Assembly: GCA_964446015.1 (NCBI GenBank)
Contig: CAYUMT010000002.1
Span: forward strand, 1 to 49,238
Direction of reading: 5' to 3'
Source of the DNA: Candidatus Hadarchaeota archaeon
Lineage (GTDB): Archaea; Hadarchaeota; Hadarchaeia; Hadarchaeales; Hadarchaeaceae
DNA: 49,238 nt
Under the pieces are notes generated by a model that did not search any database, was not told the DNA's origin, and saw only the letters and a list, made by a program, of their open reading frames with translations. The position numbers and the translations under genes are program-made. This document shows positions 33,767 through 42,230 of this stretch, piece by piece; positions within the stretch are counted from its first letter, which is position 1; each line of letters starts with the position of its first letter.

Positions 33767-36514
33767 ATGAGAAAGAAAGTTGTAGTTGGCGCAATATTAA
33801 TCTTAACGCTATTCGCAGTCATATTTGTTGTCCCCGGTTTAGCGATTGACTATTGGTGGTTTGAATCAATAGGATACCTTCAAGTTTTCATGATTAATCT
33901 CGAGTATAAGCTTCTCCTATTTTTTGTCGGTTGGATATCGACCTCGTTTTTCCTGTTACTAACTTGGAGGAAAGTCAATAAGGCACTAAAGGGCAGGCTC
34001 TCTCCCCTTGGTAACAATTTATTCAAGGCTTTATCGATCATTATTGGCCTCGTAGTTGGCATGTTTCTCAGTGGAAAGTATCTGGTTGTCCTGAGTTTCC
34101 TGAACCAGACCTCTTGGGGTGTAGCCGATCCTATTTTCGGCCAAGATGTGTCTTTCTATGTCTTCACCCTTCCCTTCATCGAAACGATACTAACTTTCGC
34201 CGCCATCGTCTCTGCGCTGATTTTGATCTCATCAGTCTCCACATATGTCGCGGGGATAACCGCCATTGAGTCGAGTACAGAAGGGGCCACGAAAAAAATT
34301 AGATTAATCCCTCCGGCTAAGTTTCTTAGATCCCCACTAATCGTCGGATCGCTAGTCGTCCTAATTGCAGCGGCCACCGCCTTCGCTTGGTTAGGGCGCT
34401 TCTCTTACCTGTGGGGGTTCTCCCCGGGGGCATCCGTTCCAACGCACGCCGATTACATGGCCGCGAATTACCTCATCCCATACACTTGGGTTATGGCATT
34501 TGGAGTGATATTGCTAGGTGCCCTTACAATATACGCAATTTTAAAGTTGGATAAGCTTCGTGCCTCCATAGAAAATGGGGGACTTTTGGGTTTGAAAAAA
34601 GAGATTGCCATTCTAGCTATCGTGATCGTGATATTGTTTATAATTCCGGTAGCGGTGTTCGGGGCAATCAATAACTTTTCAGTAAGGCCCAACGAGCCAG
34701 GTATTCAGGAGCCTTATCTCGAGAGAACGATCGAGTACACCAAGATGGCCTACAATCTTGACGATGTGGTCAGCATAACTTATTTCCCCCGCCCTAACAA
34801 CCTGACCGCTCAGGAAGCACTGGAAAGCCCGACGGTGAAAAACGCCAGGATAGTGGACTATATGCCGACCATGACATCTTATGAAGCGAAACAGAGGCTT
34901 AGGGCTTACTACGATTTCTACGATGTGGATGTGGATCGCTACTTGATAGAGGATGAAAAACAATTAGTCGTCATTAGCGGGAGGGAAGTTAATTATAGCG
35001 ATGGGTGGCAGAATAAGAAACTGTTTTTCACCCATGGTTTCGGGGCCGTGGTTTCCCCGGCCAATAGGACTGAGGTAGATGGATCCCCAGTATTAAGCGT
35101 TAAGGATATTCCTCCAAAAAGCGAGTGGAGGGATATTGATATCAAGGACCCCAGAATCTACTTCGGCGAAATGACAAATGATTACGCGATAGTAAATGCC
35201 AAAGGCTTGGACGAGTTCGATTATCCCTTGGGGGATAAAAACGTGAATTACAGGTACGAGTTCGACAGAGGGATTAAGCTGGACAGCATTTGGAAGAAGC
35301 TCTTCATCTGGTCCTACACCGGAGACCTCGAGATTATAGCCTCGGGTTATTTGAGTGACGATTCCAAGCTCCTGCTTCACAGGAACGTTCATTATCGAGT
35401 TGAGAAGATAGCTCCGTTTCTGCGCTACGATCCGGACGCTCAGACCTTCATTGGGAAGGACGGTGGAATTTATTACATCATGAACGGGATAACTGAAGCC
35501 AGCCGATACCCTTATTCTTACTCCGATTTTAATGCTCCGGGTTACCTCTCTGACAGCGTGAAGGCTTTTGTGAAGTCGGACACTGGCGACGTGCAGTTTT
35601 ATATTGTAAACGATAACGACCCGATGGTTCTGACGTATTCGAAAATCTATCCAGACCTCTTTATAGATAGAAAAAAGATGTCGGAAGATTTCAGGGGGCA
35701 TCTGATTTATCCGCCGACTCTGTTCGAAACGCAGCTGAAAATTTTCAGCCGATACCACATGAGCGATTATCAGGCGTTCTATCAGAATGAGGATTTATGG
35801 TCGCCTGGGGAGGAGAGGTACCATGGAACTGTCACGAGAGTAGAGCCCTACAACGTCCTTTTAGATGTTTCCAATATACCTGGCCTCGGAAACAAGAAGG
35901 ACGAATTCACTCTTATCCAGCCCTTCACTCCAGATGGGAAACAAAACATGCGCGCTTGGGTTGGGGTGTCCCAGGATCCTGGGAACTACGGTAAGATGTT
36001 TGCACTTGAATTTCCCAAGGGCGAGCTTGAGAGGGGTCCGATGCAGGTAGAGGCTATAATCGACCAAACTGGGGAAATATCCACGCAGTTTACCCTATGG
36101 GAAGGGGCAGGTAGTACGGTGCTTAGAGGGAATCTGCTCGTTCTGCCGGTCAAGGGAGACATCCTGTATATCGAGCCAGTCTACCTCAGCGCGGAAACTG
36201 CCCCCTACCCTCAGCTAAAGCGGGTTGTGGCCGTATACAAGGATAAGGCCTCTATGGAGGACAGCTTGGAGAAAGCGGTGGCGGCGGTTTTGGGTGGTGC
36301 TGTCCCCATTCCCCCGGAAAACCGGCCAGTGGAGAACCTGCCTGTGGAAAACACGTATGCGATTATAGTCCAAATCGTTCGGGAGCACCTGGAGCTGACG
36401 GACAATTACCTCGGGCTGATGAGCGAACGCAGGTATGCCGAGGCTGGTGTGGTAATGGAAAAGATCAGCGCCTTGGAGGACGAGCTGAAAAAGCTGGTTG
36501 CAACGCTCCCGTAA
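33767..36514 (+). CDS. UPF0182 family large membrane protein
   Basis: About 915 aa. The N-terminal multi-TM region is followed by a large soluble region with RIYFGE, YPLGD, LIQPFTP and LLVLPV...LYIEPVYL motifs characteristic of UPF0182 (COG1615) as I recall. The track start at 33755 is a TTG and the first ATG is at 33767. Confidence 0.75.
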   Translation: MRKKVVVGAILILTLFAVIFVVPGLAIDYWWFESIGYLQVFMINLEYKLLLFFVGWISTSFFLLLTWRKVNKALKGRLSPLGNNLFKALSIIIGLVVGMFLSGKYLVVLSFLNQTSWGVADPIFGQDVSFYVFTLPFIETILTFAAIVSALILISSVSTYVAGITAIESSTEGATKKIRLIPPAKFLRSPLIVGSLVVLIAAATAFAWLGRFSYLWGFSPGASVPTHADYMAANYLIPYTWVMAFGVILLGALTIYAILKLDKLRASIENGGLLGLKKEIAILAIVIVILFIIPVAVFGAINNFSVRPNEPGIQEPYLERTIEYTKMAYNLDDVVSITYFPRPNNLTAQEALESPTVKNARIVDYMPTMTSYEAKQRLRAYYDFYDVDVDRYLIEDEKQLVVISGREVNYSDGWQNKKLFFTHGFGAVVSPANRTEVDGSPVLSVKDIPPKSEWRDIDIKDPRIYFGEMTNDYAIVNAKGLDEFDYPLGDKNVNYRYEFDRGIKLDSIWKKLFIWSYTGDLEIIASGYLSDDSKLLLHRNVHYRVEKIAPFLRYDPDAQTFIGKDGGIYYIMNGITEASRYPYSYSDFNAPGYLSDSVKAFVKSDTGDVQFYIVNDNDPMVLTYSKIYPDLFIDRKKMSEDFRGHLIYPPTLFETQLKIFSRYHMSDYQAFYQNEDLWSPGEERYHGTVTRVEPYNVLLDVSNIPGLGNKKDEFTLIQPFTPDGKQNMRAWVGVSQDPGNYGKMFALEFPKGELERGPMQVEAIIDQTGEISTQFTLWEGAGSTVLRGNLLVLPVKGDILYIEPVYLSAETAPYPQLKRVVAVYKDKASMEDSLEKAVAAVLGGAVPIPPENRPVENLPVENTYAIIVQIVREHLELTDNYLGLMSERRYAEAGVVMEKISALEDELKKLVATLP

Positions 36515-36590
36515 GTGAATAAGAGAAGTCGACGATGGAGCTGTGGAAGTCTTAAGTATAATCAAAATAAAATTTCTCGAGAGGTGAAAA

Positions 36591-36833
36591 ATGGCGTTTA
36601 AAGCCGAGGTTATAGACAAGTTGGCAAATTTAATTACATTTGCATTTGGACTAGTAGCTGCTTTAGCATGGAACGGATTAATTATCGCAGTATTCAAGGA
36701 AGTTTTTGGAACTACAGAGAGCATTCCAGCTATGCTGACATATGCAATCACAGTTACGATAATCGCTGTTTTCGTGATAATATGGGTAGGTAGGGTAGCA
36801 ACAAAAGCGAAGGGAAAGGAAGAGAAAAAATAG
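36591..36833 (+). CDS. Small two-TM protein (DUF5654-like)
   Basis: 80 aa, FAFGLVAALAWNGLIIAVFKEVFG. GAGGTGA lies upstream of the ATG. Confidence 0.6.
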   Translation: MAFKAEVIDKLANLITFAFGLVAALAWNGLIIAVFKEVFGTTESIPAMLTYAITVTIIAVFVIIWVGRVATKAKGKEEKK

Positions 36834-36962
36834 ATCAATAAAATACCCAAATATTTTGATTTTTTACCCACGAGAACTTTACCCACACCAACATTTTCAC
36901 CCCTCAAAAATATGGCAGGCAAGGGGGAAACAAATCTAAATTTTACCCAACTATATCATAAT

Positions 36963-37370
36963 CTATTTGGCTATCTTCTGTGCGGCAACTGATAAAATTA
37001 ACCCCAATATTCCAATATCTAACAGCAAATTGATAGAAACATCTCCTTGTTGAATTGATCTGAGCATTATCCTGATAATTAGCCCAATGAGTCCAGTACC
37101 TGTACCTAGAAATATTAATATCTTCCCTGTTGTCAACCTACCCTTGCCAATCAGGATTCCGCCAAAGATTACCGAAATGCCCCCAAGTGCCCCCATAAAG
37201 ATCAGAAATGCAAATATGATTATGATTAATTGGTGTTCCCCGATTAGGTAGACAATAATATTTCTTATGATTTCCCATGTAGCTACGCCATTGACACCTG
37301 AAATTAGCAGTAGGATTCCGCCTACAATGGCTATAAGCATCGCTATCTTGCGGCGCATGGGTTTCATCAC
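36963..37370 (-). CDS. Integral membrane protein (4 TM)
   Basis: 135 aa, almost entirely hydrophobic helices separated by short G-rich loops. Confidence 0.6.
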   Translation of the reverse strand: MMKPMRRKIAMLIAIVGGILLLISGVNGVATWEIIRNIIVYLIGEHQLIIIIFAFLIFMGALGGISVIFGGILIGKGRLTTGKILIFLGTGTGLIGLIIRIMLRSIQQGDVSINLLLDIGILGLILSVAAQKIAK

Positions 37371-37457
37371 TCCAGAATCTTCCTTTTCATAATAAAATCA
37401 TGTTTATTGAAAATAAGACTTAAAGTTAGAGACTTTAGATTTAAACTAGGTGGGGAG

Positions 37458-37820
37458 ATGAAAAGTAAAGAGGTTGACCAATACATCGAGAAGTTTGATG
37501 ACGAGAGAGGAGCAATTCTCAGGCGCTTAAGGTCCATTATCCTGAGGACATTTCCAGATTTGAAGGAGGAGATGAAAATGGGCGTGCCGTGGTATGGTGG
37601 ATTTTTCTATCTGGTTGCGCTCAAGGACCATGTGAATATGGGATTTTGCTTTGGCGGCTCATTGAAAAAGTACGAGAAGGAGTTAGAGGGTAGCGGGAAA
37701 TACATGCGGCATATCAAGATTCGCTCGTTGAAGGAGGTCGACGAGAAGAAGATTGTCAGGTTGATGAAGGAGACTGACAGGATCTACGAGGGATGTCCCA
37801 AGAAGAAGGCGGAGAGGTGA
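37458..37820 (+). CDS. DUF1801 (YdhG-like) domain protein
   Basis: VDQYIEKFDDERGAILRRLRSIILRTFPDLKEEMKMGVPWY is the typical DUF1801 opening. GGTGGGGAG lies just upstream of the ATG at 37458. Confidence 0.7.
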   Translation: MKSKEVDQYIEKFDDERGAILRRLRSIILRTFPDLKEEMKMGVPWYGGFFYLVALKDHVNMGFCFGGSLKKYEKELEGSGKYMRHIKIRSLKEVDEKKIVRLMKETDRIYEGCPKKKAER

Positions 37821-38202
37821 AGAGGGTGTTGGCCAAGTAGGATACGAGAGGAAAGAAATATTTCGTATGTTGTCTTCAAACTGCATTAGATGTTGAGAAG
37901 TGTCTTGTTAACGATATCGAGAGATTAAGGTGGAGAAGAGGGGAAAGTGACGACAAATCGCCAAAAACTAATGACCAAGACGTTCTTATAATTACGGATA
38001 AAGGCAGGGAAATCGCAAGGATTGATATGAAGCCCAAGAAGAAGGAACAGGCCGAAAAGATTGAGATTGTAGGTCCCAAATCTGACGATGAAATCGTAAT
38101 AACCGACTGAAAACCGCAATTAAGGGAATACTTCTTAGAATGTAACTTTCTTAGACATGCGCCTCGGTTTAATAACTTGTAGGCGAAAAATAGAAGTGAA
38201 GT

Positions 38203-39291
38203 ATGATGAAAAAATCAACCCTTGCTATAGGGTCAGTGCTAATAGTCGCCTTAGTCGTGTTCGCAGTTATTGTCATTTATCCACAAGAAATGCGCGATTT
38301 TATCCAAAGCTTCGTAGTTTGGTTTAGAAGCATATTCCACCGTGGGGAAGATGGCGGAGTGCCTCAGCCAACCTACGGAGAACCCCCAAATGTCTCCGTA
38401 TCTTTGTCGGTTACAAATGCTTATCTTGGGGACTATCCTGAAGCCACTTTCACGGTGACCAACACGGGCGGTTCTTGCACAGTCAGCTATACCATCTTTG
38501 AAACAGCACCACAGACGGGATCGTTGAGCTTGGATAAAGGAGAAAGTAAAACAGTGAATGTGACTGCGCCTCAAGCGCGCGATATTGGGACATACAGCGC
38601 AAGTGTTCAAGTTTCTGCTTCAAACTCATATGGCTCTGATTCTGCACAAACCAACAAGAGTTTCAACGTTAACGTGGAGCCTTTTGATGCTACGCCACAT
38701 CTAAATCTCAATGAATTAGAAAAAGGGTTGATTGATATATCCGAACTTTTGAAATCACCCGCCTGGTTTTTTTACATGGTCATAGGAGATGAAGCAGCAG
38801 CTATCAAACTTTTTGTTACCCCTGATTCAAAGACAATAAAAACAATAATGAATGAATTGACTGCTCGTCACTCGGGCGACCGCGAGTTACAGGCAAAAGA
38901 AATCTATTATTGGGTTAGAAATTGGATATCGTATCGCTCTGAAGTCAAACACGTCACTATTTCCGGCACGAATTACAAAATTCCATTAACTAGCTTAGAA
39001 GACCAAATAGAATACCCTGTTGAAACTCTTTATGAGCGGGAGGGCATATGTGTAAATTACTCTTTAGTTCTAGCGTCGCTCTATAAGGCCGCTGGATTCA
39101 ACGTTAGGATAATTTATCTTAAAAAAGAGGACCTAGGGGCTCACGCAGCTAATCTGCTGTACTTACCCGCAGCCGACGTTCGTCATTCATCCAGCTTTCC
39201 AGAGTGGGTAGATTTAGATGCAACAAACTGCCCAAAATTCGGCGAGGCAATGGATATCGAGTGGGACTATTGGGATTGGGCAGACGTTTAA
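38203..39291 (+). CDS. Membrane-anchored protein with Ig/CARDB-like domain and transglutaminase-like cysteine-protease core
   Basis: N-terminal TM anchor. A beta-rich VSLSVTN...TFTVTNTGG...SASVQVSASN segment. A Cys-His-Asp pattern: EGICVNYSLVLASLYKAAGFNVRII, GAHAANLLYL, WVDLDAT. Confidence 0.7.
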   Translation: MMKKSTLAIGSVLIVALVVFAVIVIYPQEMRDFIQSFVVWFRSIFHRGEDGGVPQPTYGEPPNVSVSLSVTNAYLGDYPEATFTVTNTGGSCTVSYTIFETAPQTGSLSLDKGESKTVNVTAPQARDIGTYSASVQVSASNSYGSDSAQTNKSFNVNVEPFDATPHLNLNELEKGLIDISELLKSPAWFFYMVIGDEAAAIKLFVTPDSKTIKTIMNELTARHSGDRELQAKEIYYWVRNWISYRSEVKHVTISGTNYKIPLTSLEDQIEYPVETLYEREGICVNYSLVLASLYKAAGFNVRIIYLKKEDLGAHAANLLYLPAADVRHSSSFPEWVDLDATNCPKFGEAMDIEWDYWDWADV

Positions 39292-39339
39292 AAAATTTTT
39301 AATGTCTGAATTCTCATCCACTCACATTTTTCTTTTTGA

Positions 39340-39349
39340 CCCCCCCCCC
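39340..39349. repeat. C10 homopolymer in the intergenic region upstream of the CARDB-like gene
   Basis: Ten consecutive C at 39340..39349, 45-54 nt upstream of the ATG at 39394. Confidence 0.9.
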
Positions 39350-39393
39350 ATGACTTATTAGCGTGAAAGAAAAATAAATGAGTGTAGATATGC

Positions 39394-39816
39394 ATGGGGA
39401 AAAAGGCTTGGGCCCTCGGCATAGTAATCGTATTGGTTGTAATTTTCATCATTACACAACAAACCGAGTTGATACCTGGAACACACGTTTATAGGCCTGA
39501 CTTGGAAGTATCGGCAAATTATGATATGGATGTTATTCAAATTTTGGATCCTTGTGATGGTTATGTTACAGTTAGCAATGTAGGCAATGCCGAGGCCACG
39601 GAGGTAAAACTTCTACTTAATTACGAAGGTTTTGGATTTGGCGGAACTTTGGACTGGTCTATTGAGACTTTATCACCTGGAGATTCTGAATCCTTTCATT
39701 TCGTTTTACCGTCTGCTGTAGGGAAAGGTGACCACTATTTCACAGTTACAGCGACTTGCAACGAAGGTTCAAGGGATACTGAGAAGTTTGTGGTTCATGT
39801 TGCCGGGGTAATCTAG
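39394..39816 (+). CDS. Membrane-anchored CARDB-like beta-sandwich protein
   Basis: N-terminal TM anchor, then VTVSNVGNAEATEVKLLLNYEG ... LSPGDSESFHFVLP ... YFTVTATCNEG. Confidence 0.55.
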   Translation: MGKKAWALGIVIVLVVIFIITQQTELIPGTHVYRPDLEVSANYDMDVIQILDPCDGYVTVSNVGNAEATEVKLLLNYEGFGFGGTLDWSIETLSPGDSESFHFVLPSAVGKGDHYFTVTATCNEGSRDTEKFVVHVAGVI

Positions 39817-39852
39817 TGTATCCTTTCTGATAAGATTCATGGAGCATGATTA

Positions 39853-40653
39853 ATGACCCTTTATGATATGAAACGGGTGGCTTTTGAAAACGCTGTTAGA
39901 AGATGCTCTAAGAGATTGGGCCTTGATTGCCCGCCAAAGGTCTCCATAACTGAAGAGCCGTGTCCTTTTTCTAGGGATGAGACCGCACATATCCACGTCG
40001 CAGAAAGGATAGTTTGCATTTGGAAAAAGAAACTAGAAGAACTTACGCTAGACGAGATTGAAAAGGTTGCTGCCCATGAAGTGGCTCACATAGTCGCGAT
40101 CGGTCATAACGGAAAACATGCACAAACACAGGCGGAGCTTGAAATCGGGGCTTGGGCTGATTCAATCGGAGGGGTAGTCATAGATGGTGGTAAAAGACGG
40201 ACGCCTAGCCCTCCTGTCAAATCCACAAAAAAGACTAGAAAAAGGAAAGTTTGTTCTTATCACTCGTGCAAACAAAAAACTAATCTTGTTAGGTGTAAAT
40301 ATTGCGGGGAACTTTTCTGTAAAGAGCACATTAATCCCACATTACCAAAACTATTTAACCCTAAGAAAAAGGGAATTGCGGGTAGGTTGTATATGGATGA
40401 CTGGCGAAGACCTAGCCATCCTTGTCCCCCTTATTACGATTACATGAAACAAAAGCAGAAAGAAGATATTGAAAAATATGGGAGAGCGTTGGATCATTTA
40501 ACTGGGCATAAGCGTGTTGAACCTGGGATAAGGGGTTCACCTCAAAAGCCTGTTAAACCTAAATCGTATCGCTCTCTGAGTCTTGCATTGATCATAATCA
40601 CAATAATGATTCTAATTCTAGTGCTTCTCTATCTAAATCGTTTCTTAATCTAA
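39853..40653 (+). CDS. WLM/SprT-like zincin domain fused to an AN1-type zinc finger, with C-terminal TM anchor
   Basis: HEVAHIVAIGHNGKH gives HExxHx5H spacing, as in Wss1/WLM HELxHNxxGxHDxxF. CSYHSCKQKTNLVRCKYCGELFCKEHI...SHPC fits C-x4-C-x8-C-x2-C-x4-C-x2-H...H-x-C. The C-terminal LSLALIIITIMILILVLLYL is a TM helix. Confidence 0.55.
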   Translation: MTLYDMKRVAFENAVRRCSKRLGLDCPPKVSITEEPCPFSRDETAHIHVAERIVCIWKKKLEELTLDEIEKVAAHEVAHIVAIGHNGKHAQTQAELEIGAWADSIGGVVIDGGKRRTPSPPVKSTKKTRKRKVCSYHSCKQKTNLVRCKYCGELFCKEHINPTLPKLFNPKKKGIAGRLYMDDWRRPSHPCPPYYDYMKQKQKEDIEKYGRALDHLTGHKRVEPGIRGSPQKPVKPKSYRSLSLALIIITIMILILVLLYLNRFLI

Positions 40654-40753
40654 ATCTTCAAGAATTAATATCTATTACTCTATATCTTTACACCATCAAA
40701 AAGAAACGATTTATAGAGGAATTTTTAAAGTCATAAATGAAGCGTGCTAATCT

Positions 40754-41386
40754 ATGAAAAAGGATTTAAAAGGAACAAAATGCAAATGGTGTGGCAGATA
40801 TATACCGAATATACCAGGTACAAGCATGCCAAATATGTTTTTTCAAATAATTAACCTAAAAGAATTAGAAGATTATGATTTGAAACCATTTTGGGTGTGT
40901 CCAGAATGTTTCTTGAAAATACCAATCAAGGAGTTCGAGGATGGACACTATGTGCTTTATCTTAAGTATATTCCGTCTCCAATTCAAGGACAGCAAGTTC
41001 AAATAGCAGAGAAACTAGGAAAAGATTTTACTATCATCAGGGAAGCAAGAGCAGATGGAAACTCAATTGTTACTGAAACAAAAGTGGTTGATGATTTAGG
41101 AAATTTAAAACAAATTTTGAAGCCTCCTTTCGATACCGCCAAGATATCAGGTGTTTTTGTAACACCATCAGAAGAAACGTACCGTTTACTTAGAAATTTG
41201 GTAGAAATTGATCAGGAAGCAAAAGAAAAAAGTAATGGTGGCATTAAAAAACAACCTGCGGTCAAATCTAATGAAGATAAAAAACCAACACCTGCGGTCC
41301 CGATAAAGGAGAAAATGTCTAGAGCCATATATAGGGCCTTCCCCAATTTTCCGAAACTAAGACGAAAAAAGAAAGGTGATTCATAA
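40754..41386 (+). CDS. Hypothetical protein with N-terminal zinc-ribbon (CxxC...CxxC) and basic tail
   Basis: CKWCGRYIP ... CPECF, and a K-rich C-terminus (KLRRKKKGDS). Confidence 0.5.
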   Translation: MKKDLKGTKCKWCGRYIPNIPGTSMPNMFFQIINLKELEDYDLKPFWVCPECFLKIPIKEFEDGHYVLYLKYIPSPIQGQQVQIAEKLGKDFTIIREARADGNSIVTETKVVDDLGNLKQILKPPFDTAKISGVFVTPSEETYRLLRNLVEIDQEAKEKSNGGIKKQPAVKSNEDKKPTPAVPIKEKMSRAIYRAFPNFPKLRRKKKGDS

Positions 41387-41426
41387 AACGTATTAAACTT
41401 TTATAAACTAATGAATAGAACCTTAA

Positions 41427-41975
41427 ATGGATAATATGGGCATTTTCAGTAAAAGAAAAGGCAAACGCCCGGATAAAGAAAAGCTGGACCTACCAAAATT
41501 AGAAAAACCAATTCATGAAAAGAAACTTCCAGCCAACATGAAAGTTTTTATGAAACGTATGAATGCTTTTATAAAAAAGTTTGACAAGAATACTCCGAAA
41601 CTAGGTAACCCTTTTGTTTTGGGAGAATACTACAGAGTTAATACTGAAATGTCATATCGTGGGATACCAATTGCTTTAACTATTGTATATACAGATTCTC
41701 AAGGACCCCAAGTTCAGTTTTCGAACACATTGTTTAAGCTTTCGGAAAAGGTAGAACTTCTTTCATTATATAGAGAATTACTAATTCGGAATTTCAAATT
41801 TGGGTTTACTTTTGGAATGTGGTCAGACGGATCGATAGGAATAGGTAGATACCTTGAAGTTGAAAATCTAGATTATTCCAAATTCCAGAGGGCTTTAATA
41901 GAGTTCGTGGATTATGTTGGATGGACCGTTATTGAATTAGCTAAACGATTTCCTGCTCTTACGGAAACGAAGTGA
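41427..41975 (+). CDS. Hypothetical protein, possibly YbjN/T3SS-chaperone-like fold
   Basis: Basic N-terminal extension, then an alternating beta/alpha pattern (IALTIVYTD ... LLSLYRELLIRNFKFGFTFGMWSDGSIGIGRYLEVENLDYSKF). The fold call is a guess. Confidence 0.4.
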   Translation: MDNMGIFSKRKGKRPDKEKLDLPKLEKPIHEKKLPANMKVFMKRMNAFIKKFDKNTPKLGNPFVLGEYYRVNTEMSYRGIPIALTIVYTDSQGPQVQFSNTLFKLSEKVELLSLYRELLIRNFKFGFTFGMWSDGSIGIGRYLEVENLDYSKFQRALIEFVDYVGWTVIELAKRFPALTETK

Positions 41976-42129
41976 TTAGTAATCTAATCCCCAACACCAC
42001 CCATTTCCACCCCCTCAATCAAACTCCTCAAATCTTGCTCTCCATGACTGAAAAAGGCTGATAAATGCCTATTTGCCAAAATAGAGATACCAGATTGCTT
42101 ATCGGTTATTCGAGGCGGAGGAAACGTCA

Positions 42130-42148
42130 AAAAAAAGTTAAATTTTAA
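42130..42148 (+). promoter_or_regulatory. Second copy of AAAAAAAGTTAAATTTTAA, upstream of the GC-rich secreted-protein gene
   Basis: Exact 19-nt repeat of 32309..32327. In this copy the core GTTAAATTTTAAC is a perfect 6+1+6 palindrome. It lies 83 nt upstream of the ATG at 42231. Confidence 0.35.
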
Positions 42149-42230
42149 CTTTCAATTTAAACTGAAAAATTAATGACAAAAATCAGTTAATATATATAAG
42201 AAGAAAAATAAATGTAACTAGGAGGCTGAA

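Noticed and set aside
35093-36922. Antisense ORFs 35093..35758 and 36215..36922 opposite UPF0182 and the DUF5654-like gene
   Set aside because: The sense strand carries the recognisable family motifs. The antisense translations lack motifs, and 36215..36922 spans two sense genes and a spacer.
37876-38119. Track ORFs 37876..38079 (-) and 37925..38119 (-)
   Set aside because: Their F/L/S-rich sequences look like the reverse complement of the charged + frame described in the findings. I annotated neither as a gene.
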